Shown here: in pieces, positions 40,701-49,377 of the stretch | Layout of the letters: each line of letters starts with the position of its first letter | How positions within the stretch are numbered: position 1 is the first letter of the stretch | Source: a virus | DNA: 64,000 nucleotides | Strand: one strand, 5' to 3' | Virus record (IMG/VR): IMGVR_UViG_3300032322_001460 | Span: 3,942-67,941 of that record | The notes under the pieces: model-generated | What the model saw: only the letters and a program-made list of their open reading frames with translations | Told to the model about the DNA's origin: nothing | The model's database searches: none | Made by a program: the position numbers and the translations under genes

Positions 40701-43700
40701 CCTACAACAATTTTTTCAGCATTGTAATCAACACTGACAGAAAATCCAAATTGTTCGTTATTATAAGATTCGTAGCTGGTAATTTTCTGATCGAGATTAT
40801 ATATAGGAGAATCTAAATCAGTAGTTGAGAATACGTACACAGATCCTTGATTTTGTAAATTGCTATCAGCATCTGGGCTTGAAACTACTAAGGTAGATCC
40901 TGATTCATCTAAATCTAAACTAAACCCGAATTTATCTCCGGAATAAATTCCTATATCTAATCCAGAATCTGTATTATTATAATTTTCTATATTTTCAGAA
41001 GTAATAACTTGAATCAAATTATAAACTTCATTTTGATCTCTTTTATAGATATGAATTTTTCCAGAACTAACTGTGCTAAGATTTTCAATATGTAACCAAG
41101 GCGTTAAATTCGATAACGTAGATTCTGTTATCCCAGGAACCGGGACATCGCCTTTACTTACAATAGACGAGTCAACTGGGCCGGGCTCGGAGGTGTCCAT
41201 TAGTCTATAATAATTTCCGTCATATTGAACTACATCAGACTCTGTATATTCTTGGAACTGACTCCACACTCCTCTATAATTTACAAAAAATTGTCCGTCG
41301 CTGTTCGGAGATCCTACAACTAAAATACTACCATCTTTGTTCATTGCTAGGCTAGATCCAAACAGATCTCCAGCTTTAATCAATTCTGCTATTTGATTCT
41401 TGTCTAATAGTCCCTCTGCTAAAGTAGACCCGTCGTCACCTAAAGCAACATTAGTCGGCAGTGAACATTGGGTAGATATAGCATCTAATTCGATCCAATC
41501 ATTCAATCCTAAATCTAAGGAGCTTCCGTCGTCACTTAAATCTGTATCTACCAATGCTTTCCACAGTTTGTTATCCCACCATACTATACTACCGGCCGGA
41601 TAAAATTTAACATTACTCGCTGTTTCGAAAGCTCCTGTATAGGGATTATATCCTCCGTTGGGATTAAATACTCCTCTATAATTAATATCCTCTAAGTGTC
41701 TCCACCCTTTGGTTACTCTTTCTCTATACACTATAGATAATGTAGCCCCTGTTCCGTATGAAGGTTCTACTGTAGTACTTGCAGGGGAGGTACGAATCGT
41801 TGTGAACTTTCCTCTATTGATAGGTTCAACTGAAATCACTTCACCTGCAGAAATAGTAGCAGCAAATGTAGCACTCTGTCCTTCATAATTAACCGTTAAT
41901 ACCGATGCTCCAACATCTATTTCTCTAAATGTTAATCTTAAAATACATCCTGAACTTAGCGTTGATCCGTCTGAACTAAAAGTCGGGTCGGCGGTCGCTA
42001 TTAAAGGACCGTCGGGAAGAATATTCCATAACCCTCTATCCAATGGAGTTACTGTCTTAATCGGAAACAACAAATCGACGTCTCCGGGAACTAGGGTTTC
42101 AGTGTCAACCGTTGCAGAAAAAGTTGCTGTTTGTCCTAGATAACTAACAGATAAAATCACTCCGGAAGAATCTACATTATAATTAGATCCTGGTTCAACT
42201 ATTTCAACATCAGCAATTTCGTAAACTGAATATCCAGAACCGGCAGTTACTACAGAAGCACTGTCAACTTCTTGCACTGTTTCGTTATCATAAACATAAA
42301 GATAAACTCTGCCTCTACTTTCTAAGGATCCAGGTGCAGAAATAGATAGATAATACTTGTCTCCACTTTGACCTACAGAAATCGCATTACCGAATAATTC
42401 ATCGGCAGCAGGTCTAGGACTAACTATCGAAATGAATTCAATCCACCTGTTAGATTCAAATTTATAAATTGTTACCATTCCCTGATTATTATAACCAGGC
42501 AATCTACCAGTAGAGTTAGCTTCAACTATTGTTACTGGTTCCCAATCTACTGAGTAGATATTAATATATGAAGAATCTACAGGAACATCACCATTTCGTA
42601 TCTGTTCAAGGGTCGGAGCGGAAAGATTTCCCGGAACATCTGTAATTGCCTTCCACAGTTTACCGTTATATATTACTATTTCGCTAGCAAAATAATCCTG
42701 TCTAGGATCAAATTCTCCCATAAACTTACTTTTTATGTAACTAGCATTAGGTGATCCAACAATTAAAAATTGACCGTCTGGTGTTGCTGCAACTGCTGAT
42801 CCGAATACTCGAGACAATTGACTTCTAAATTCGCTAGGAGAAGGAATTATCTGATAAAGCTCTAAGCCTCTGGATGTTTCTACATAAGAATAAAGATAGC
42901 CAGTAGCAGGCATACTACTAATAATTTGTTTTAAACTATTAATATATAAAACTGCTGTACCGCTACCGACAGGTTCTTGAATACCGTATTCTATAAGATT
43001 TTTATAAGAATATGATTTTTGTTTTTGAATTACTTCCCATCGATCATTCTGATCATTATCTATCCATAATTTAGTATCTTTTTTCAGTGCTGCCACTTCA
43101 CTAAGATCTAAAGTATTATAACTATTAATTCGAGACGATATTAACAAGTTTATTGTTTGTATGGCACTATCATCAATAGCTGGTTGATCACTGTCTTCTC
43201 TTTTTTCAACTATAATCGATCTGGCTGTTTTAGACTTTACAAAAAAGAATCCTTCTAAGTCAATGATGTTCCTTAAACCTACTATATCATTTTCTTGTAT
43301 ATCGTGAACTCTGTTGAATCTTATTTCTACTTCGAGGTCAAGCAATTCGACTACAGATTCAATAATCAATAAAGGTTGATTTTCAAATCTTAATACATTC
43401 CAACTTTGGTCATCATAGGTGATCCATATATAATTGTTTTCTTTTACAAGATTTATATCTAAATCTAAAATTTCATTTTTATTTTTAACAACAAAATCAA
43501 CCTGATCAGGTCTAACATAACCCGAAAGTCTAGAACTTGGTTCGTAATATTTTGTAGGATTAATATTTGTAGTAAAAAATCCTTCAGCAGCTTTTGTAAT
43601 ATTATTAGAATTAATTCTATATTTCTGATCTGTTTTAACATCGGTGAGTTGTTCGTCAACTACTAAAATAGTTTGAGGATTAACTTCAAAATTAATTTTA

Positions 43701-46700
43701 TTAATTTGAATTTCGGTTTCTAACAGTTCATTAATACCACCGAATCTACCTGTCCTGATGGCCCATTCTTCATTTAATACTATGCTGTCATCATCTGTTT
43801 TACTGAGTTTATCAAAAATCTTAGTTATAGCGTTGCTAGTACCCTTTTCTTTAATAAATCCTTGATAGAGCTGAAATTGTGTAATTTCATCTTCTGCAAT
43901 ATTTTGCAAATAAGTTCTTGACTGATATCCTACCGAATGACGGCCTAACTCTCGCTGGGTCGTACCTAGTCCTTCGGCGTCAAGATTATAATAATCTTCA
44001 AATAAATTAATTCTATAATCGAAATTTGAAACTAGCTGTTTCTGAGGAGTTGAATCTAATTTAGTCCATTTAGATTCATCAAACAACTGTGTACCTTTTT
44101 GATTAAATTGACTAGTCCAATTAAAAGATTTGTAAGCTACAATATCACCTAATCTATAATCAACGAACGGTTGCCAGGATTCGATACTTACATTGTCGAA
44201 TAAGAAACCGGGGCTAGTATAATCACCATCCCAGTCAACAGTTCTAAAACCTCTACTTTTAATTCTTTCCTGTCGATACCCTGTGGGTTTATCATAAATG
44301 ACATCGTTGAAAACTGTTCTATCAGAGAATATACTAACGTGTTCTTTAAGAACAAAATAAGCTTTTAAGAAATAAATTCCGTCAGTTGTATTGTTTGTTG
44401 AAATAACGATATTTTGAAAATCTCTTTTAATATCTATAAAGGCAGGCTGTAGGACTTTTCCATCGGCACGTAAAATTTGATAAGGATAAAAACTATCAAA
44501 TAAATTATCGGCCACGCCCAGATCTATATTAATATTAATTTTAGCTGCAGAAGGACTCAAACTTAAAATTGCACCCTCTTCCCAATTATGTTTTGTCCAA
44601 AACATAAATTCTTTAGCCGAAGTTAACCAATCTTGAGAAACTTTGTTTTCTTTATCATAAGCATCAAAAACAAATCCATTGGCTTTTAAAAATTCACCGT
44701 AACCAAAAAGAAAATCGACTACAGCTTGAATGGTAGGTAAAATTGTTCCGTAGGTTAAAGTTTTTTTACGCAAACGATTAAAATTTCTTCTATAGAATGC
44801 GGTAATCGAACCTACCGTAGAAGGACCGGCGATCTCTTTAAGATTTTCAGTGCTAAAATTTAATCCGCTTCTGAAACTTTTTATAGTTCGATAAAAATTA
44901 TTTTGATAACTTATGCAAACACCGTTACCATAAAATTTTTCTTGTTCCCAGCGAAGAACGTCTTCGCTGACGCCCCCCACTGATAGTAACGGGTCGTTAT
45001 TAGAATTTACAGCTTCGTAATAATTAAAATAAGGAAACTGATTATCATATCCGTTTATTTTCCATCCTCGATTAGATTTTTCTACTAAGACGCCGCTGTA
45101 AGAAAGTGTAAAAACAGGAGAACTAGTATTAAAAATAATTTCGTAATTTTCTTGAGGAACAAAAATACTACTCGAAGTCGAACTAGGAGACTTGCTGTCT
45201 AAAAGATATTTCTGCTGATTTTTATCAACAAAACCAGACAATCTCGTGCTGAGATTAACATCGATATTATCAATCATGTCTTGAATAGATGATTCAGTCA
45301 AGGCGAGACTTCTAGCATAATCCATCAAGAAAGAAATAAGACCGTAAGTTTGATCTTCGCCCACTTTAGGAACAACGATGTCTTCTAGTTTTATAAAAGT
45401 ATCAGTATTTGAGTGAACATATTGATCTAAAATATTTTTTTTAATTCTTGTAAAATCTAAACAAGCATTAATATATTCGAAAGGCCTTAGTAAACAAAGA
45501 GCCTTGACTACTGCAAATGGAAATTCTGAACTGGTTCTCCAAGCGTATTCGACAGGGCCAACATCTCCTAAAACAAAAGGTCCTTGATTGTTTATCAAGG
45601 CAAAATTGCTAGCTAATGAAGAATCTAGAGGACTTAATAGATTTCCGTTGTTGTCTACGGGAATTTGTTTGGTCAAACCGGGTCTTTTGTATCTACTGTA
45701 AATTCCCTGTCTATCGCCTTGTCTAATAACTCCATTTTCTAAATCTTCCCACAACAGCAAATTTCCGTTAGTATACGGAGCAGCTCCGTATTGAGATTCC
45801 CACCAATCTGGTTGTTCAGTAAATCCTAGCATTTCCCAAGGGCGAACGTGAGGTCTATATGAATCATAAAACCAATTATAGACTCCTCTCCAATACCCAG
45901 GAAGTGATACCTTTCCTGGCTTATCAGCCATATTACTATAGGTATAGGTAAAGCTATTTTCAGAATCAAAATAATTATTATTGGTATAATCAATGTTAGT
46001 TCCGGAAACCCATTTTAAAAAATCTTGAGTCAACAATGGATCTATTTGACTTTTGTCAAAAATTCCTCCGCCATAATAACTCGAAAATGTTAAATCTATA
46101 TCAAATAGAGAAGAGTCGTATTGAACTTTTATATTGTTATAGATTCTTAATTCAAATTCTAAAATAACATCATCTCTGTAGTCATTATAAGCCCTAACAA
46201 TACTTCCATCGTGGCCTTGAATAACATATGCCGGTTCAACGTAAGTATCGTCTAAAAATTTTCTAGGTAGATATTTTTTATATAAACCCAAACTAGTAGG
46301 AGTAGGGGGGACAAAATTATAACTTGTAGAATTGTATTCTCTAATTTGAATCAGATCGTTTTCTTGCAAATCGACATTAACTGTAACAAACGAAAAAGAT
46401 TTGTTAAAATAATAATCTTTTCCGACAACTTTTTGTTGCCCGTTAATATAAATGTAAACAGCTTTTCTGCTTGCAGTTTCTAAATCAAAAGGTGTTGATA
46501 GAGTATATGTTTTAATTCCGGGATCATCTACTACATATCTGATTTCTGTAAATGCTCCAGACCCTATCACATCAGAATCTACAAAAGAACTTGCTGACGT
46601 TTTAGTTCTCCCCATTTCTGATATTATTTGATCTACAAACTCTGCTGCATCATCGTTGTAGATAGTATCAGAAATTAGTTCAATAAATTTATTTTTAAAT

Positions 46701-49366
46701 TCTGAATAAGATTGCTCATTATATTCTATAGATTTAATAAGATTAAGTTTTTTGTCACACAATAAAGATATAGCTAACGGTGTGATTCCAGAATGTTTAA
46801 TAAATCTTTTAGTTTTATTTTGATAATCGTTTAAATCTCTTAGATTACTTGATCCGGGATAATCTCCAACGATCCTATCATCTATTTCAATAGCTGTAGA
46901 TAAATGATCTATTGCTTGACCTAATGTGAATTTTTCAAGATCTTGATTTAACGGATTTTTTTCTAATCCTACGGGAATTTCGTAGTACCCTTCTTCAGGT
47001 ATTATATTACTGTACAATTTAAGGCTGACGACATCATTTTGATTTAATGTGTCTACAAAAGTAAATTCTCCTCGATTAGAAATACCCGATAGCACATCGA
47101 CTTTATCGCTAGAAACTTTTTTACCGTTTACATAAAAAATAATTTTATAATTTTCAGTATCTAATTCGTTCCATTGTACTGTATTAAATGTTACACTATT
47201 TGAACTTTCTTCAATAATTTTACTATCGATTATTGGCTGTAAAATTTCTTTATCTGTCTCGATCCAACAATTATGATATGTATCGGTTAGGTTATTTCGT
47301 AGAAATCCAGTATTAATATTTTTTATAAATCTTTCTCTCTGAATATAATAGGAAAAATTTTCAGTATCCCAATTGAAATTAAATTCTATGTCTCCTACAT
47401 TATTGATGTTCAAATAAGAGATAGAAAACCCTAGCTCTGTATCTACTGGGCTGTTTCCTTCAGCGTAACTTAAAATTTTTGATCCAGTGAAGGATGAAGT
47501 TTCATACGCTGTTTGATCAGAAAAGCTTTCTTCGTTTTCATTAAAAATATCAAATAAAGGAGCCTGCTGAACGGAAATTTTATCTTGACAAGCGTTCCAA
47601 CTAGTACCGTCGTAATAATACATCTTTCCTCTATTTTCAACTCCTCGACTTATTAATATCGATTCGCCAACATTAGAGATTGTATCATCAGTTTCTCTTA
47701 ATGTAATTTGTTTTCTTCGCTGACCGGTTACGGTATCAGGATGCTGAATAAATTCAGCTCTGTAAATTTTATTGTTAGCTAAAGAATCTTTATCAGCTAC
47801 AACTAAAATTCTTGCACCTTCGAAAAGGTCTTCACCATCAATATTATAACCCTTGCTTCCTTCGATTTTTGAAAAAATATCGTCAGTAAATGTATCAATA
47901 TAATCTACTGTTTGTTTAGCAACTTTACCATGATTGAATAACTGTAATCCAGCATTAAACTCTATAATAGGTCTTTTTGCTCTGAGAGTCTCTACTGAAT
48001 CAAAATCCGAGCCGTTAACTCTATGGGCGTATTCTAGAACTGATCTATGGAACCATCGATTGTATCTGCTCCAAGGATTGAGATCGGGACTAGCTCGATT
48101 AATAGTAATATAATCTTTGTCTCCAGGATACTCACTAGCATCGTCAAAAGGATCAGTATCAAATCCTGCATTATCAAAAAGAACCTCCGGAACTTTATTT
48201 GATAGTACAGGCACTATTAGATCTGTAAATTTCGTTAACGTAATAGCAGATCCTACTCCTTCGATCAACCAAATATCTTTTGAATATTCTTCGGGAAATA
48301 CCTGACCTATAAATTCAACAGTCATCCCGTTTGAGAATTCAACACCATTGCTACTTTTATAGGTTTTTTTACCTAATATTTCTTTAGTAACATTAATCTT
48401 TGTTGCAGTGTCAGCATCGGCTATAATAAATCTTCCGAATCTATTTGGGTGTACTGTGCTTTGATAAAACAATACATCAGGAGAGTTAAAAGGAACTTCG
48501 AATGTAACTGTTCCTATATCTATATTATTATTAGTAACGCCTTCGTTATAATCAAAGACGCTTTGGTTAGACACATCTTCGATATATTCCCAATCTTGGG
48601 ATTCAAATGTTATGGTACTGCCGTCCGCAGGCGATATAAAAGTTTTCGCCTTCCATAACTTTCCGTCGTACACAGCCAGTTGGTTAGCATTGTAAGGAAG
48701 TATAGGATTATAAATTAAAGATCCAGTGTCATAACTAGTTCTTATTGAAAATCCCTCTCCTGGCAGAGAGACACTAAAATTATAGGTTTGCCCTCTATAT
48801 AAAGTTATTGTAGGATTATTTGACAATCCGTCAGGAGTAAAAATCCAATTCTCACCAAGGCCTTGTTTTACCTTGTATGTGCTGATAATGTTCTGAGATT
48901 GACCAGAAATTTTTACGCTAGGAGGTCCGCTTGGTACCCAATAATATTCTCTATAGTTTACAAATTTGTCCCAATCGATAGGAGGATTCCAAGAATAATG
49001 ATCCGATTCTGTGATTAAATTATCAGTTTCTACAGTATTATTAAAAAATTTAATTTGATTTTTTAGATCGATATAATCGTAGAATTTTTCGATAACAGAA
49101 TTTTTTCTTACCACTACTCCGGGTTCTAACTGATATCTAGATCTTAAAGTTTGATCATTATCTAAATATACATCTTTACCGGTATACGTCTTACCAAATC
49201 TTCTACCTACATAGCCTACTGTTTTTTGCAGTGTTCCTGGCTGGATAAGAGGATCTAATACGGCTCCTAAAAATTTAGCATTAGAGTCGGTTTGAAAAAC
49301 AGTTGGCAGAAGGTCTATAGATCTTCTAATAGGTAATTGGCTATCTGGAAAAACATTTTTACTCAT
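34748..49366 (-). CDS. Giant (4872 aa) virion protein, probable baseplate wedge/adsorption scaffold
   Basis: Uninterrupted 14.6-kb ORF following the gp6-like gene. Contains 'G.GY...P.V.IEGDG.GA.A' repeats, FG-GAP-like propeller repeats and short aromatic 'Y...V.Y.GKLWKA' modules. Confidence 0.8.
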   Translation of the reverse strand: MSKNVFPDSQLPIRRSIDLLPTVFQTDSNAKFLGAVLDPLIQPGTLQKTVGYVGRRFGKTYTGKDVYLDNDQTLRSRYQLEPGVVVRKNSVIEKFYDYIDLKNQIKFFNNTVETDNLITESDHYSWNPPIDWDKFVNYREYYWVPSGPPSVKISGQSQNIISTYKVKQGLGENWIFTPDGLSNNPTITLYRGQTYNFSVSLPGEGFSIRTSYDTGSLIYNPILPYNANQLAVYDGKLWKAKTFISPADGSTITFESQDWEYIEDVSNQSVFDYNEGVTNNNIDIGTVTFEVPFNSPDVLFYQSTVHPNRFGRFIIADADTATKINVTKEILGKKTYKSSNGVEFSNGMTVEFIGQVFPEEYSKDIWLIEGVGSAITLTKFTDLIVPVLSNKVPEVLFDNAGFDTDPFDDASEYPGDKDYITINRASPDLNPWSRYNRWFHRSVLEYAHRVNGSDFDSVETLRAKRPIIEFNAGLQLFNHGKVAKQTVDYIDTFTDDIFSKIEGSKGYNIDGEDLFEGARILVVADKDSLANNKIYRAEFIQHPDTVTGQRRKQITLRETDDTISNVGESILISRGVENRGKMYYYDGTSWNACQDKISVQQAPLFDIFNENEESFSDQTAYETSSFTGSKILSYAEGNSPVDTELGFSISYLNINNVGDIEFNFNWDTENFSYYIQRERFIKNINTGFLRNNLTDTYHNCWIETDKEILQPIIDSKIIEESSNSVTFNTVQWNELDTENYKIIFYVNGKKVSSDKVDVLSGISNRGEFTFVDTLNQNDVVSLKLYSNIIPEEGYYEIPVGLEKNPLNQDLEKFTLGQAIDHLSTAIEIDDRIVGDYPGSSNLRDLNDYQNKTKRFIKHSGITPLAISLLCDKKLNLIKSIEYNEQSYSEFKNKFIELISDTIYNDDAAEFVDQIISEMGRTKTSASSFVDSDVIGSGAFTEIRYVVDDPGIKTYTLSTPFDLETASRKAVYIYINGQQKVVGKDYYFNKSFSFVTVNVDLQENDLIQIREYNSTSYNFVPPTPTSLGLYKKYLPRKFLDDTYVEPAYVIQGHDGSIVRAYNDYRDDVILEFELRIYNNIKVQYDSSLFDIDLTFSSYYGGGIFDKSQIDPLLTQDFLKWVSGTNIDYTNNNYFDSENSFTYTYSNMADKPGKVSLPGYWRGVYNWFYDSYRPHVRPWEMLGFTEQPDWWESQYGAAPYTNGNLLLWEDLENGVIRQGDRQGIYSRYKRPGLTKQIPVDNNGNLLSPLDSSLASNFALINNQGPFVLGDVGPVEYAWRTSSEFPFAVVKALCLLRPFEYINACLDFTRIKKNILDQYVHSNTDTFIKLEDIVVPKVGEDQTYGLISFLMDYARSLALTESSIQDMIDNIDVNLSTRLSGFVDKNQQKYLLDSKSPSSTSSSIFVPQENYEIIFNTSSPVFTLSYSGVLVEKSNRGWKINGYDNQFPYFNYYEAVNSNNDPLLSVGGVSEDVLRWEQEKFYGNGVCISYQNNFYRTIKSFRSGLNFSTENLKEIAGPSTVGSITAFYRRNFNRLRKKTLTYGTILPTIQAVVDFLFGYGEFLKANGFVFDAYDKENKVSQDWLTSAKEFMFWTKHNWEEGAILSLSPSAAKININIDLGVADNLFDSFYPYQILRADGKVLQPAFIDIKRDFQNIVISTNNTTDGIYFLKAYFVLKEHVSIFSDRTVFNDVIYDKPTGYRQERIKSRGFRTVDWDGDYTSPGFLFDNVSIESWQPFVDYRLGDIVAYKSFNWTSQFNQKGTQLFDESKWTKLDSTPQKQLVSNFDYRINLFEDYYNLDAEGLGTTQRELGRHSVGYQSRTYLQNIAEDEITQFQLYQGFIKEKGTSNAITKIFDKLSKTDDDSIVLNEEWAIRTGRFGGINELLETEIQINKINFEVNPQTILVVDEQLTDVKTDQKYRINSNNITKAAEGFFTTNINPTKYYEPSSRLSGYVRPDQVDFVVKNKNEILDLDINLVKENNYIWITYDDQSWNVLRFENQPLLIIESVVELLDLEVEIRFNRVHDIQENDIVGLRNIIDLEGFFFVKSKTARSIIVEKREDSDQPAIDDSAIQTINLLISSRINSYNTLDLSEVAALKKDTKLWIDNDQNDRWEVIQKQKSYSYKNLIEYGIQEPVGSGTAVLYINSLKQIISSMPATGYLYSYVETSRGLELYQIIPSPSEFRSQLSRVFGSAVAATPDGQFLIVGSPNASYIKSKFMGEFDPRQDYFASEIVIYNGKLWKAITDVPGNLSAPTLEQIRNGDVPVDSSYINIYSVDWEPVTIVEANSTGRLPGYNNQGMVTIYKFESNRWIEFISIVSPRPAADELFGNAISVGQSGDKYYLSISAPGSLESRGRVYLYVYDNETVQEVDSASVVTAGSGYSVYEIADVEIVEPGSNYNVDSSGVILSVSYLGQTATFSATVDTETLVPGDVDLLFPIKTVTPLDRGLWNILPDGPLIATADPTFSSDGSTLSSGCILRLTFREIDVGASVLTVNYEGQSATFAATISAGEVISVEPINRGKFTTIRTSPASTTVEPSYGTGATLSIVYRERVTKGWRHLEDINYRGVFNPNGGYNPYTGAFETASNVKFYPAGSIVWWDNKLWKALVDTDLSDDGSSLDLGLNDWIELDAISTQCSLPTNVALGDDGSTLAEGLLDKNQIAELIKAGDLFGSSLAMNKDGSILVVGSPNSDGQFFVNYRGVWSQFQEYTESDVVQYDGNYYRLMDTSEPGPVDSSIVSKGDVPVPGITESTLSNLTPWLHIENLSTVSSGKIHIYKRDQNEVYNLIQVITSENIENYNNTDSGLDIGIYSGDKFGFSLDLDESGSTLVVSSPDADSNLQNQGSVYVFSTTDLDSPIYNLDQKITSYESYNNEQFGFSVSVDYNAEKIVVGAKNAPYKIPVRFDISVGTTFDGNATSFSEPQGYTGQTYVFEKKSNIYLLAEKLEADLQNAESFGYSIDTFGSVIVVGSPNYRAPLETTGQILSSHPIGITRIFRKDPNVNSWNTLAQQTQKVDIDLLTSIEVYDEVTNTKLADVDIIDHAKLKILGIAEQELSFKTVYDPAVYTNGTDEQVVDETTAWFEKNVGKLWWDLSAVKWIDYEQGDDVFRSGNWNALAYGSSIDIYEWVESPILPSDWSVLADTNEGLAEGISGQPLHNDNTVYSVKEIYNVNTGQLTGTRYYFWVKNKSLLPSDVIGRRLPSSDVASLIINPSLSGLPIVALMDSDKFLAYNFNSLLKNDSAYLNIQYRKTKKSNNLSHSEYMLLSENLIGSIPNQDIEAKWIDSLVGFDQAGNSVPDPKIPAKQRYGLSFRPRQGMFKDNNKILSIIIDRINEHLLLRPFADTLNYRNLNLVDLKPEQSSNVFDEEVENFIDLQNVNTVRIKQAILNVNIVDSEVDTIDIADPGFGYKVVPPIEIEGDGSGAKAVLTIDNQGRINSVTVLSKGKKYTSAIAKVRSYAVLVNSDETANNFWSVYSYDNIRKDFFRSESQGYDTTKYWSKIDWYEKGYSKTSRIGKEITALYEESSLSIQEGDLLKIKEFGTGGWALIVKVKEGEGDILTNYKLVGRQNGTIELSTKLYSKESQVLGFDATSSYDTSEYDLLPSLELRNILNAVKQDIFIEDLRNEWNNLFFISLRYAFSEQEYIDWAFKTSFLNATHNVGSLEQKVNYKNDSLDSFRNYVEEVKPYRTTIRQYTSRYTNVDIDNSVLTDFDLPPSYSTASGKILPINSSYDLTDQYPWKHWKDNLGFEIKEIVISSKGEGYTTVPKVLIEGDGEGAEAIAFISNKQVRSIKLISGGKGYTKAPTISLVGGNGFNNNIAKAVAILGESPIRTFDVRLKFDRISRNGVLSEFNFSQTFVATTSSSIFDLKYAPNKNKSKISITRNGQIVFNNEYEIVYYTSTTDTYSLTKAKIKFLIQLEQGDLIDVVYEKSNEIYDSVNRINAYYNPAEGMKGKVVSQLMTGIDYGGVQIQGTTFDVSGGWDALPWFTDGWDSVESNNDYHFIVPSSNDGSTITVLLPTAPAEGQRVSIYLKRAGSKELRSIETLDINGNPVVVYDEAVAEPTPIRIDDPYYGMYDGSTVMPNGRTTAPENALMPTFIGDGENRTVVFDEYGIQTFSGDTLIFRNFESDGTVSIKDPNLLDTEISGGSFAGTWTDNLTGSNVVAGSYSTAQGTLAQDISIDGGKLIDPDQVPAPEENVPGQVLESLSIKVFNSTFTGASPINLRLYFADGTQKNFDIGLHILEGESLAVYVDKVKQDFIETSSIIYNINYSTNQIEFNDAPVAGSLIEIISIGVGGVSILDYTEFTADGETSHFLTKANYSDTQSVLVTVDGIEVDIGFVESSTVTETSGKTLVEFGSRPELSQVVKIVVLGSSLDTDSTQQSVIRSNQQTFTYDGSIRRFDLDKFVNLTRNSSRSAMLVEVNSVLLQGVDTVVQVYNGTNNTLTVGVDPIEISGTITSNNIKVFINNVEQSFLVAWTYNGTTSVVTVSTSYLQIGDIIKVETDVRCEYSIVNNDIVISDSVSLNSGDSITVTWFSEYPTFDIISDEYTGGKSIYRLSAPPINSSYVWVYKNGVRLTGNKDYSVSLPRAVLYLNDETTVSDKIKIFQFGNRIYKKSSAYQIFKDMLNVYYYKRYSIDRNVKLAQDLNYYDQSIKVTDASNLSIPIASRNIPGIIEINGEKIEYLSLSGNTLSQLRRGSFGTAIATVHEQGSHVINLGSSENIPYVESQDKDNFISDGSTLLIGPLPYVPSKSTRNSWFRDTGISGIPKEYGPCDQVEVFVGGTRLRKDPITIYKEELGPSSPLADETIQAEFSVDGDSNYVRLSEPVKVGTRITIIRRTGKSWYDRGQTTATTGQSLLENNTSIAIFLSQKTTELPE

Positions 49367-49377
49367 TAAATTCTACC

